Source of the DNA: Schizochytrium sp. TIO01
Lineage: Eukaryota > Protista > Bigyra: Labyrinthulomycetes
Length of the DNA: 64,000 nucleotides
NCBI GenBank assembly: GCA_004764695.1
Contig: SMSO01000034.1
Span: 4,216,001 to 4,280,000 of the forward strand
Reading direction: 5' to 3'
Made by a program: the position numbers and the translations under genes. Of this stretch, positions 12,001 through 20,665 are shown one piece after another. Within the stretch, counting starts at the first letter, position 1, and each line of letters begins with the position of its first letter. The notes beneath the pieces were generated by a model that saw only the letters and a program-made list of their open reading frames with translations, searched no databases and was not told the origin of the DNA.

Positions 12001-12397
12001 CGCCCGAAAGCATCAACTCCCCATCGACACAATTTCTTTTGATTTCCAGGTAGTTCCAGAAGCCCAAATTAGCACGCGACCTGAGGACGGTTGTTATGTT
12101 TATGGATTGTTCCTGGAGGGTGCTCGCTGGAGCTTTGATGAATTTTCTGTTGTGGATTCTTTGCCAAAGCAATTATTTGCTGAGATGGCACCAATTCACT
12201 TTGTTCCGGTGCGAGGTAAAGTCGAGACTGGTGACATGTACAGAGCACCTCTTTATAAGACATTGCGCCGTGCTGGTACGCTTTCAACAACAGGTCATTC
12301 AACAAATTTCGTCATGTTTCTTCAATTACCTTCAAATGTTGATGGTGCAAAGTGGATCAAAGCAGGAGTTGCGCTCTTTTGTTCCCTCAAGTACTAG
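2..12397 (+). CDS. DNAH1: Axonemal inner-arm (single-headed) dynein heavy chain, DNAH1-like; 5'-partial, intronless in the window
   Basis: The frame is open from base 2, so the GTG at 152 is not the true start; it ends at TAG 12395-12397. P-loops are GPAGTGKT (AAA1), GPTGGGKS (AAA2), GDTGTGKT (AAA3) and GVGGSGRKS (AAA4), plus CFDEFNR, a stalk/MTBD region and C-terminal RAGTLSTTGHSTNFV. N-terminal RYNLYVDCMP matches the DNAH1 clade as I recall it. Confidence 0.95.
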   Translation, partial: ATLESVLRACEVWPSPSPQSSGIASSTILPLSAYYDKTQDPIHPNEIAYPVHGATVLPSPDSSIWEAGIVQCYDIDSDRFIVDTIERSYKIPRVRVMFPSESLEGFVRRFVTTFFRREQAHLLIRYNLYVDCMPAQGDNAINEAQLARIVSWALGVSKANAKDSKARMDVASMLHEVETRFARTLNKIDFDRKLKRSTREALRKDNLDDLPMVLQSVEPVRNAPVYGCLPIAPYDSESYYNDLKAHSFLADSSSLGALSGVHKLCQRVGTSEFRLFRCTPETQSLSLREFEESQNLQLDKATTHLKDDWTQSLKNVIKSNLSRDPARWDLETKDRQAYESSELRCFFRNVNLRMTDALYDSVNESIRLYGRYIEEATQYKIDIRTSSEVLVDYHSDSASSQTKPLFRVDLIKEIRLPKAKVATDVNGVKKDAPEEEEEEEEEEEEEEGDQDKVNENEPRPFFGYSNDAQDFVDKARGFVRAGITNIKGIPQIQRLAMDRLYWGEVPTVKTLSEDERIVAEVEDQISTSLQGRFSELDIYLEKFDRFLHILRLDVDEFMAKLEEPFRLAEERAQRKKEREEKRAEQQRLKEEKEQAFKEELERLRAEGNEAEVTALQAKKAEEDEEEEDDDDDDDDDDDAEAPTLETDLIARYISDHIKGQEHVELLIPESCNIGLFEVNCSRIRQELIEKHASVVNRLLDFVARCTIGQCNILLTRFADMNTELSKFPQNIEELVEIRNYMNTIPNKLAEMNDEITKLWQGYDLLNQYQYRLTSKVFGQKWRLFGGAKMILDKVEVTTEMLAKEQIRYADQQREKQEDFLVYLDKLSKEVASFSQHSDLRRIKSIAQSAADIAAKIRQAQADADLFNRRENLFDQEMTDYEEVTEIARAFQPYESLWIAVSEWIEGEEAWLNGKFSDLAPEEIEKQVTESYKIMNRSIKFFQKAELPLIKETAEVIKAKIEVFKPYMPMIAALRNPGMRERHFDALSEELGFPVRADETFTLTQAIELKLHEHSETISKVAGVAAKEFQIEQQLDKMEREWENVYLDCRPYKETGTYVLGGIDEIMAILDEHITMTQAMQFSTFKGPFVERIDTFDKKLLMTSEVLEEWIGVQRNWLYLQPIFESPDINKQLPAEGKRFSSVDKNWRTTLLQASQHAKALDFCANPKLLDMFSESNKLLDMVSKGLSDYLETKRGGFSRFYFLSNDELLEILSETKDPQMVQPHLKKCFEGIRSVFFSDAMLITDMKSSEGEVVPLSTKVDPNGKNVEVWMTELEDMMMDSVKHVMWSSMLSYVGKPRTEWLQMVPGQCALNASQFHWTREIEEAMDADGNAGVGRCFEQQVRQINDMVALVRDPELKSNARMTISALTVIDVHARDVTEKLFRDGVKDKAEFAWISQMRYYWLEGEGLEGDMKVKMVSSLRPYGYEYLGNSFRLVITPLTDKCYLTLMGALQMNLGGAPAGPAGTGKTETTKDLAKALAKQCVVFNCSDGLDYLAMGKFFKGLASCGAWACFDEFNRIDVEVLSVVAQQIMTLQAGVIAKKTRIVFEGVEIKLSDQFAVYITMNPGYAGRTELPDNLKALFRPVAMMVPDYALIGEIMLYSFGYEKARICAKKMVATFRLCSEQLSSQPHYDYGMRAVKTTIVAAGNLRRDYPNEDEEILLLRALQDVNLPKFLSHDLPLFRGIISDLFPGKSRPDIDYGALLQCLRIANQNTGLQNTPWFLTKQIQLYETIVVRHGLMLVGPTGGGKSRNVENLDTALGLLKKRGVKGFAYEKVFRYTVNPKSITMGQLYGEFDPNTHEWQDGILANIVRNCAKSTTPDRKWVMFDGPVDAIWIENMNTVLDDNKKLCLNSGEIMGLSAEMTMMFEVEDLEVASPATVSRVGVIYMEPNTLGSDPVIQSWIEYRLPSIVTNEQKALLQKLFDIYLQSALTLLRRNLQEPVPTVNNNLVASLIRMMDALFNLHMNSGDGKPQGEDEGEGKRSQGGLNLELDLEPLFIFSMVWSLLCTSNTEGRRTMDGWLRTQMDHFSSECAFPRDALIYDYVWDVKTHEWVKWMDTIEPYKYDKDLPYAETIIPTSDSVCYTFLLDILTRANLHILMCGDTGTGKTVNINRYLSNTMPSDYIPLCLAFSAQTSANQTQDLLDSKMEKRRKGVFGPPAGKRFVIFVDDLNMPKRETYFAQPPIEILRQWFTYGGWYDRKALTFRQIIDVNMVAAMGPPGGGRNPVTPRMLRHYNIITYTPLEAESMATIFGTILGNFLRDSFDSAVAPLADPVVQSTIEIYDRIRAELLPTPSKSHYTFNMRDLSKVFQGMLMISPKVTNGVGDVVRCWVHECQRVFRDRLINDEDRFWFNKLVISKVEKELNLDWNKIKPESEYMVFGDLMEPDSKIYKEIVEIDSLLPTIEQYLVEYNAESKTPMNLKLFMDAVQHISRIARVIRQPMGNALLLGVGGSGRKSLTRLASYIGDFAVFQVEIAKGYGLTEWRDDIKACLLKAGVEDVQVVFLFDDSQIIMSQMLEDINGILNQGDVPNLYPPEDMEKIMTACRGDCAKRKIAPTKINIFASYILRVKRNVHVVMCMSPGTPIFRDRLRMFPSLVNCCTIDWFSEWPDEALRSVGLGIMQEEDLQLGELLEGVVELFKVFHQSVASKSKEFFEELRRYNYVTPTSYLELLNTFKNLLQRKRDEVLQKKQRLQIGLDKLTTTAAQVADLQVQLTEMQPVLAKTQVEVDEMIVQIKKDKAAADETKAIVSKEEAAAQEKAQATKAIADDAQRDLDEALPALDEAVKCLNKLKKSDIVEVGSLKTPPSGVKLTMEAACIMFEVKPKMVADPANMGKKIKDFWEPAQKNLLNDANKLLARLFNFDKDNIPDRVIRDIEPYIESPEFQPKEIEKASKACTAICMWVRAMHKYHYVALGVEPKRQKLAEAEAELKVTMEKLDRARGELQAVMDNIQELEDGYNKSVAKKEQLAQDVEQCSARLDRAQKLIGGLGGEKDRWTSSVAQFDRDYVNLLGDVLISSGAIAYLGPFTSVYRTDLTREWLKELIRLKVPHTPGVDIVKTLGEPVTIRSWNVAGLPQDAHSVQNAIMMETARRWPLLIDPQTQANRFIKNLGKESNNGIEVVKQSDKNLLRCLENGLRFGKWVLMENVGTKLDAALEPVLLQQTFVQDGQVMIKLGDNTVPYHEDFRFFMTTKLPNPHYPPEVAVKVSLLNFSITPRGLEEQLLGIVMVNELPELESRKNEIVVQNAAMGKKLKEIEDTILYMLSNSQGNILDDAELIETLATSKVTSQEINSKVAESKETEQEIDAEREKYRPFAKRGSILYFAIADLSIIDPMYEYSLQWYSQLFAQGILNSEPKSDIEERLEVLKDFFTYMLYENVCRSLFERHKLMFSFNLVIKILQGDDLIDNAEYRNLLTGQGSGRVSDMSKPEGASWVTDKMWGDIQSVATLTAFGGFEESFIAHLDEWNLFFDSETCFEDPLPGGWDEKLNDLQRMLVLRAIRPDKIASAVQNYIVVRFGQRFIEPPPFEIKKCFDTSVVTTPLIFVLTSGSDPTKSYFEFAETMGMSEKLKSISLGQGQGPIAARMIEEGISKGLWILLQNCHLASSWMDELERIVEEIKPETTNPEFRLWLTSMPSKTFPVSVLQDGIKMTMEPPNGMRANLRGVYFKFDDEQLKATTKPNVYMRLLFGLCFFHALIQERRKFGPLGWNVPYEFNETDLEISQRGLEMYLDEYEEIPFECLTFLTARINYGGRVTDAIDIRTMDVLLDQFYNANALEEGYKYCPREEYYLPTVDEDNPIRGYRAYIDSLPVNAPPEVFGMNTNANITSALQETNEMLDTLVLLQPRTSSGGGASREDIIEQDIIDFQQRLPQHFSIEAIRMDYPVRYEESMNTVLQQECARFERLLANIESTLFDLRKALRGLMVMSGELEAMSNSMYAQKIPDLWESTSYPSLMPLRSYFGDFVKRCNFLQDWIQNGMPSSYWLSAYFFPQAFLTGQLQNYARKHQLPIDTISFDFQVVPEAQISTRPEDGCYVYGLFLEGARWSFDEFSVVDSLPKQLFAEMAPIHFVPVRGKVETGDMYRAPLYKTLRRAGTLSTTGHSTNFVMFLQLPSNVDGAKWIKAGVALFCSLKY

Positions 12398-12868
12398 AAA
12401 AGGTCAATTCTATCAACTTTGCAATGCAATCCTTCATGTTTCATCTGTTTCTATAATAACAGCAAAAATAATATTATATATTTTCACTTCTTTTCAGTAA
12501 ATGTTGTCGCCCACAATCTATTATTTGCTAAGAGATACTAAACCTCTCATTGAAGAAAAATCATTTTGGATTAGATGCGCGAATATTTTGCATTTAAAGA
12601 ATAAGAAAAAATCTTTTTTCATGATTAGTTGCAAGTAGACTTTGTAATGCTTTCAATGTTTGGAGAAAGCTCAACAGTTTCAGAAGCCTGTTGAGGATTG
12701 TGTATAGATCTTAAATCAACGCTCTTTCAAACGGACTCAGCTAGCGGCTCACTGACGACGAGAACATTTGGTTCATGGAAAGAAAAATAAACAAAAAGTG
12801 ACTAAGAATAGGAAACCGAAACAGCAGAAGATCAAGGTGCTTGACGCTCACGAAAGCAATTAAACGCT

Positions 12869-15800
12869 TCAACTTAATAGGAGTCGCTGGATTTCAGCAC
12901 GACTGATTGGTTCACCATCTTCACTCATACTTCCAAACACCTCATAAGCAAGATGTTTCAGATCTTTAGGTGGAAGCTGAGGACAAAGCTTTTCCAGTGC
13001 TCGACGAAGGTCTCGTAGTGATACTCGTCCAGACTTATCAACGTCCATTACCCGAAGAACACGCTGTGAGTCCAGCGCACCACCGCCTTGTCGTGCTGTG
13101 TCTCGTATTGCTCTTTTTACTAAATCAAGAGTTGACTGGAGTGTCTCTGAGATTGGATAAATGAACCGCTGAATCATACCAAAATCAAGCCCACGAGGCG
13201 GCGCAGCCCGTTCAAAATTGGCAGCTGTCCGTCCGCTCATTTCATAGAGTATTCCCTGCGCAACCCATGGATTATCATGTGCCGCCGCGAATCCCAAGTC
13301 TGTGCAGACAGCAACAATGTCTTGAAGACGAACCCTTCCTTTTCTAGCACGATCGAGGGTACGAAATGCACGACGAGAATTTTCTGTTGGGCCAGCAATT
13401 TCTTTGAGATGCTTATGGATAGCTTTGGCTGCAACTTTGGCGCTATGAAGAGCTTCTGGGTCTGTGTCTGCATCGACTTCGAGAGCGTGATTTACCGCCT
13501 CGCTGGATAGGATAGCCTGGCAAAACTCGTCCCAGTGCCATGGCTTGTTGTCCAAACCAATATCTAGAAGTCTTTGTAAGACCTCCGTATCCGCGGATCC
13601 AAGTTCAATATCCAGATTAGCTCTTACTGCAGTTTGCAAGCTCCGATGGATGGTTGAGGGGTCTTTAGAAAACCCTCTGTCCGCGTCAAGTGCTCTTTTA
13701 CGAACTGCATGTCGAAGCATGACCACCATTGATGTGACAGTACCAGAGAATCCATTAGGAATGCTGTCGTCACGCTTTGTAGTAGCCAATCTAGACCCGC
13801 ACTGTGAGTTAGTTAGCGTTGCGTTCATTGAAGCTTGAGTCAGGAGCTCAGAGAGAGTTAAAAGGTTAACTTCAATCCTACCTTGATCTGTCTGTGCAAG
13901 GTCTAAAGCTGCTTCAAGCTGCCAAGCAGGTGCAAGCAGCCCTACCTGACGCATTACACGCATAGCATCACTCCTTGGCATACGATAATCAGTCTTGCAT
14001 ATTCCAGACCTCCTACTGAGGTAGCGCTTCATGCCTTCGAAAAGGGATCCCTCTCGGGGGTTCTTCGCATGAAACTGCCTTTCTACAGCACCAGTATCTA
14101 AGAACGCAAGAAGAAACTCCGCATATCTTACCTCGCCAAGTTCATTTTTTGGAGAATGATTATATAGTACCTCAAGCTCCTGCTCATGCAACTGAGGGAT
14201 GCTACTTAAGAGTACAGCATCGAAACTTGCTTGGTCAACGTATGGGCTATTCGTTTCAGCACAAATATCACAGAAGGCCTGGTACAGGTTTTTTGTTGTA
14301 CCGCGAACTTTGCGCATGGCCATACGCAGCAGGGCATCTTGTCCATCGCGTGTATGACCTGATCTTGAAGCTCCACTTACAAATGCCTCTAGCTCAATAA
14401 ACGTAACCGTTCCGCTTCCATCAGCATCCAAACGAGACACAATATGATGCAATTGCCGCCTGTTGATATAAAAGTTTATGGATTTCAATAGATTGAAAAA
14501 TTCATCCCCTGTGAACGCATCGTCAAGTGTTGTAGCGAACCGTTTAAAGTGCCGGCTTAAGGATGGCCCTACACGTAATTGTGCTAGTTTTCTGCGTAGT
14601 TGCTCTAGCTGTTCTGCGCTAACTATGTCAACCTTTTTTCTAGACTTCTGGACTTGGAACGAAGTTTGCTCATCTCGGTTTGACGTCAACACAAACTGTC
14701 GGAAGGAAGGAAAATCAATGCTGCCGGACTTATGCGGGTCTAAAGCTCGAAGTATGCCTTGTTCTTCGAACGTACTAAGATGAAATCCCACCTTATGCAA
14801 AGATCTTGCAAAAGCTTGACTCGAAATAAGCCCAGAATGCATTGTGTCGAATGTCTGAAACGCAGCTTTTAAATTATGCTTCCCATTCCCCTCATCAGCT
14901 AGCTTCAAAAGAAGTTTCCGGACACGATTGGTTGCGAGTCCTAACTCCGCATTTTTTCGTTGGGTTTGACGTAACGGAGAAGTCGGTTGTCCATTTACAA
15001 ATTCGTTCATTTCCTTTTGTGAAACCAACCCATCCTCATCGTAATCTAGAGTGTGCATGAGATTATCCTTTTCTGAGGAGGTGAGAGGAACCACCGCATG
15101 CTGATCTACTAAGCGATGAAATTCACGACGATTGGCATGTTTGTGCCCCAACGAGTCTTCCAAATCAACTTCGTTGAGGTCTTTTCGCAACCGATCTTCA
15201 AGTACCGCTCGGCGTTTTGGTGACTTCTGTGCATCATTCTCTAACATTTCGACAATGTTTACAAAGTCAAGATACCGAACTCCAGAGTTCGAGTCAGCAT
15301 GTTTTTCGAAAGCAAGTAGCAGCTGCTTTTGTTCTTCTTTGCTTAAATCTATTCCCGCTCCACTTTGCTGGATCATGGCTTTAAGCTCTTTGCGATCGAG
15401 AACGCCATCACGATTGTGATCATAAGTGTCGAATGCAAGTCTTAAATTAATAACATAGGGAGTTTTGTCTTCCTGAGCATTAGCAAGTATTGCAATTCGA
15501 AGCTTATCCTTGGCAGAAGCAATGCGATCTTCATCCAGATTTGAAGGTGTGAATTCCCTTTCTTCTGAGCTACTTATAGTGTCCACATCTGAGTCAGATG
15601 ACCAATACAGAGCTTTCGGACGGGAGCGTTGGAATTTCTTTACACGATCCTTTGGGGTTCTGCGTCTCACTTTCTCAATTTCAGACTCGTGAGAATAATC
15701 ATCGTCCTTATTACTGTTATTGTCTTCTTCAGAGCTAGACCAAAGAAGGGGTTTCTTCGACTTTCGAGGCGTACTCGCATCAATGGAGCTATCAGTATCT

Positions 15801-18800
15801 GATGCTACATCTGGAATGTCAGAAACACTTGAGCTAGAATTAGAACAAGCATCAGACTCAGAATCAGAATGAAAGAGGAGGTCCCGTTTGAAGTTCTTTT
15901 TTGGTTTTCGCCTTCTATATTTGCGGAGTAGCCGAGAGGTGGAGGCTACTGTCTTGTTTGCAATCCGATTATTTGCATCGTCGATTCTTCGGGAAGCCCG
16001 GACGAGCCTGAGCTAGCTTCAGGGCCCGCGTTTGAGACTGTTTTTGTTTTTTGAGAGCAAGTGGCCGCAGCACATCAAGAAACTCTAGATAACGCACTTG
16101 TCCGTCACCATCTCGATCAAATCTTCGGGCTAAATCGTCAAAATCAGAGTGCAATAACCCTGGAAGATGAGTTTCTAAAACCCTACGAAATGAGGCCGAC
16201 GATATGAGATACGCATCCCCATCATCTACGCTTTCTCCTTCCTCCCCCTTTTGATTTGCAAAAGCTCGAGAAAGTGTCACAAGTGTATTCGGGTTTGCTA
16301 CAGAGGTGCAAAGGCGATCTCCAAGCAAATTTCCTGTAGTACTGGCTAGCGTGGTGTCGTTTTGGCCGTTTGACTCTACGTTTGCACGTAATTTGACGCT
16401 TGCTCGGAGACGGCGAGCCATCGAACTTGATGTGACACGAGAAATATGATCCATGTCACAATCTATGAGTTGTTTGGCCAATTCCTCGTCCATAGGTGGA
16501 GGTTGGCCAGTTTCTGCACATTGTTCCCAAAGTTTGATCTCTAAATCCTTGTTACGTTTTACAGTCAATGCGTAGCTGTTTTTAAGATCTTCCAGCTGGT
16601 TGAAGAAATTCCCATCTAAACCTGCAAGCTCTTGTTTTAGTAGACGGACATGTTCATCAATTCCAAATGTTGATGAAATTTGTGCATCTACCGCTTGCTT
16701 GGAGGCATTCGTCTTGCTGAAATCGAAAGAGTGAGAGAGAGAGACATTAGAAGGAGAATCAGATTTCTCTACCCTTTTTGGAGGGCTGAGTACCCAATGA
16801 ACAAGTTCAAGGTAGTCAACGTCTGTGTCCCGTCGGGAACTATCAAAACGAGCGTTCAAACGACTGGATTTCTTCGTTTTCTTCTTTTGAACACGGAATC
16901 GCCTCACAAGTGTCTGAGCCAACGCGATGCTTTCTGCATCTTTACCCAACATTGACTGCATGGCCCGTTCGAAAGCATCACGTGTGAGAACCTCTCTATT
17001 TTTAGAATCAAGAAGACGAAACATTTGCAGAATCGAATTTCGTTGAGCAAACCCTTGCGCCTCCAGCTTGCTTAAAACTTTCTCACGAAGCATATCCTCA
17101 TCACGATCCTTGATTAGATGTTCCAAAGCAGACGCATATGCAATCCATGAATCACCTTTATAAGACATCAGAAAACTTGCAACAATTTCCTGGAGCTCTT
17201 TCTTGGAGCACGGGAGCTTGCTTGAGAGATCGATAGCAGCATCAAGGACCCGGTAAAAGTCTGCAAATAGTATACATCCATGAATCTCTTCTTCTGAAGA
17301 TTTCGTGTCCTTTTCTAACCTAGCACACCGTCGTAAAAGTGCATTGAGTGTGATTCCCAATTCTGAGGCTTGATTTGCAAAGTCATCTACAGACGGCAAG
17401 GAACGAGCTGGAAGTTTATCACTGTATTTGGTTTCTTCTTTGTTGTCAGCCGCACTTACTAACATTTTCATGAGATCAGCGTATGCAACAGAACCGGGCG
17501 TTCCTAGTTTACGAGCGAGATGCTCGGAGATGAGTATAATTTCCTTCCTTGTAGCTTGTACTCTGACATTTTCCAAAAGGTTGCAAAATTGTGCTGTCGA
17601 AATGTAACCATTACCATCTTGATCATGAGAAAAGAAGAGACGGCGGAGTTTCCAAGAGTCAATTCCTAGAAATATGCGTTTTAGATCTTCGTCGTGGATT
17701 TGTTCAAACAGGGCTTTCTCCTCTTTCTCCTGCGATTTCAAACCTGGATGCAGGATATGACTCACGGCTTCGTCAATACTGACCGAACCTTTGTCATCGA
17801 TGTCAAGTGATTTAGCAAGTGCATGTCTTTCATCCCGGGTGCTTGGAAATGCTTTGAAAGCTGTTGCAAGTTGGCTTCGGGATACTAACCCGCAATCTGA
17901 GGTATCAAAACGTGTGAGGTGAGATCGTAAACGTGAACTAGTCCATCCCTCTTTGCGAATAGTTCGCGCCAAAGCTTCGGCCATTTTTTGGTGGTGCTGT
18001 GAGCGCCTCTTTTGAGGTGACATTTTATCTCGTTTAGATTTGGGAGAACTGTGGTGGCTTCGCTTTGATAACTGCTTCGAGGTTTGCTGTGAACTTTTGC
18101 GTGTCAGGTGAAGTTTACCATACATTAGTAGGTCCAAGAATTCCCCAAAGTCCAGTAGTCCATCTTCATTGTTGTCAAACCTATCAAAGAGCATGTTAGA
18201 GGCGTCAATATCAACACCCAAGAAAGAGCATAGGTCTTGCTGCGAAAGTGTCCCACGCTGTTGGTGATCAATACTACGAAAAAGAGCACGGCTATCAAGA
18301 CCGTATTTCTCCTTTAGAATATCGTACAGCTTATTAGCAAGATGCCGAGGCATATTCTTTCCTTTTGCTATAATCTCGCCCTTGCGAGTGTCGGTTTCAC
18401 TCTTTGCATCATTTCGCAAATAATCGTACAAAATGTCGAGTGACACAAGCCCGTTCGAACGCAGCACTTCTCGATTTCGAAGAAGGGTGTAAACCTTATC
18501 CTTAGGTGCTAAACTTGCTCCGTCATCACAAATCGTCTCCCAAAACTCATCAAAAGAAAGACTCTCAACTGTGGGCTTGTCAAGAAAAAGAGAGCACTTG
18601 CATAACTCCGAAATTAACGACTCCCACTCGACGCTGTCTTCTTCATATAGTGCATCTAACAAGTCCTCGGCCATTACTTTCCCTATGTTTCTTCGATCCA
18701 TCGCCTTGAAAAGTTTCATAGCATCACGTCGAAGACTCATATTCAAAAAAAGCTCTTCACACGCTTTCTGAAAGAGCAATTGGGACAATTCGCCTTCTTC

Positions 18801-19367
18801 AGCGTGCTTGAATAAGAGTCTTCGTACATCCGTGATTCCAACTTTACGAACTTCTGTGCTAAGATTAGAATTTTGCGATTTACCGTGAGAGGGTAAGGTA
18901 AGCGCACGGACAATAGCCTCGTAATCAACATGTCCATTTTCAGACTCGATGAAGCTTCCAATGAATTGCACAATGTCTTTGATACCCGCAGCTAGTTGCA
19001 TATCCTCGCAAAGAATTCTTTTCAGGGTAAGAACAGGAAGAACTCCTCGACTTAGAGGATCTGCTTCCGCAAGAAGTGCTTCAAACTGATCATAATTTTT
19101 GCTAAGCGCAGTAAGGATGCGCTTTCGAGGGTTTCCCTTTGGTGATGCTGATCCAAAATTGTTTAATCGCCGCGAAGGCGAACTGGAAATACTATTTTGA
19201 ACCATCTTCACAGAATATGCATCAAGATCCTTTTCCAAACGGCGGTTCTCATCTCGAAGCCACGAGCGAGCGCTTTGCAGTTCATGACTTGCTACTTTAT
19301 CTTGGAGCTTCTCAACATCGCGCTTGTACTTGCGACGCAAGCTGCTCACGGCGCTCCCCTGCACCAT
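12869..19367 (-). CDS. Giant multi-EF-hand protein (~2165 aa, EFCAB6-like architecture); one gene split by an apparent +1 frameshift at 15972-16012
   Basis: ORFs 15969..19367 and 12869..15670 both carry many EF-hand loops (DNNEDGLLDFGEF, DQDGNGYISTAQF, DRDGDGQVRYLEF, DHNRDGVLDRKEL, DADGSGTVTFIEL). The downstream frame is open back to TAG 16013-16015 and overlaps the end of the upstream ORF. 6499 nt minus 1 gives 2166 codons. Confidence 0.8.
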
Positions 19368-19750
19368 AACTCGCGCCCAGGTAGTTTGCCAGTACCCTTG
19401 TCAAATAGTTCTTCCGAACCTGCTTTGCGTGCTGGCCATGCAATGTCACTTAAAACCTGCCAATCCTGTATAACATTTGTCTCTAACGAGGGACTTCTCT
19501 GGGCTTGATGCGGAGTGCAGCCCACCGCCCTAACTTATTTCGGCCTCAATGCCTTTGCAATAACAAATCCGTTGAGCCGGAAATTAAGCCATTTATTAAG
19601 AATAACTAGTTTACAGAATTTTGCGAGAAAGAAAGCCTGCAAGGTAAATCGGGCTCGCGACTCGCGGGCAGGTCGAATTGCCAGGGGCCAGAGCAGCTTA
19701 CCGGCGTTCGGCGAGGCGAGTCCGCAACTTGCAATTGGCCAAGGAAGAAG

Positions 19751-20359
19751 ATGTCGAAGTACTTGACGCGTCGGCTGTCCTGGAGCTCCAATAAGAGCAG
19801 TACCTCGAAGGGGTCGAGGCCTCCGGTTCCAGAGAGCGAGTGCAAGCTTACTCTGGATGGAAACAAGCTCTCCCTGGACAAAGACGGGCGCTGGAGACTT
19901 GGTAAGTTGGACGTCGAGTTAATCTAAACGCGAAGTCGGGAGTAAGGCAGATCGGTTAACGATGTATTGTTTTGACAAACAGACCCCGGAACTATTGGCA
20001 ATTACGAGGCAGAAATTGATCGCCTCCATCAATACATAGAACAGCTAGAGAACGAAAAGCGCATTTTGCAAGGGCGGTGCGCCAAGGCTCATGGAGATAA
20101 GGAAATGATCATTTTTCAAAATCAGCTTTTGATGGATTTAGTAGGTTGAAATTGCATCTGAATACAAAGATTAATACACAATGAACTGACTCAACTGCTA
20201 CTGTTTTGATTTTATTTAAAACTATCATGATATCGCATTTCTCAACTATAGCTAGCGGTATCTCAGCTGGATGCAAACAAAAATAATGAGGCTTATCAAA
20301 AGGAAGCACTGCGTACGGAAGCTCTGAAGTGGGAGTTAGGCAAATTCCTTACTCCGTAG
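19751..20359 (+). CDS. CBY1: Chibby-family basal body/transition-fibre protein, 138 aa, join(19751..19901,19983..20140,20252..20359)
   Basis: Manual splicing gives MSKYLTRRLSWSSNKSSTSKGSRPPVPESECKLTLDGNKLSLDKDGRWRLDPGTIGNYEAEIDRLHQYIEQLENEKRILQGRCAKAHGDKEMIIFQNQLLMDLLAVSQLDANKNNEAYQKEALRTEALKWELGKFLTP*. Introns are GTAAGT..CAG and GTAGGT..TAG with consistent phases. LTLDGNKLSLDKDGRW, the coiled coil and LLMDLLA resemble the Chibby motifs L-x-G-x-x-L-x-F-x-x-G-x-W and LLDML. Confidence 0.8.
19902..19982 (+). other. Spliceosomal intron 1 of Chibby-like gene (81 nt)
   Basis: GTAAGT donor, GGTTAAC branch-like site, ACAAACAG acceptor; removal keeps the frame. Confidence 0.85.
20141..20251 (+). 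other. Spliceosomal intron 2 of Chibby-like gene (111 nt)
   Basis: GTAGGT donor, AT-rich body with in-frame stops, CAACTATAG acceptor; phase 0. Confidence 0.75.
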
Positions 20360-20665
20360 TGAGAGACTTAAAGGTAAGCCAGAGATTTTTCAAAAATAAA
20401 TGTTACAAGGCGAGTCGGTTGAAAACTTTGGTGCAAACACTATATTCTAGACGTTATTTCACTTGGAAAGGCTTAAATTTAGAGATGCAATACAGCGTGC
20501 CGGAGAAATGAGTCACGTTGAAAATTAAACAATAACAAATTCTATCATTTTTAAGTTTATCTCTAAAGCTCCTATCCTATAATTCCATATTATGTAAATA
20601 AAATATTGGCTCATCAAACATTGACACTAGCAGTCATTGAATATCAATAGTACTTAATTCTATTA

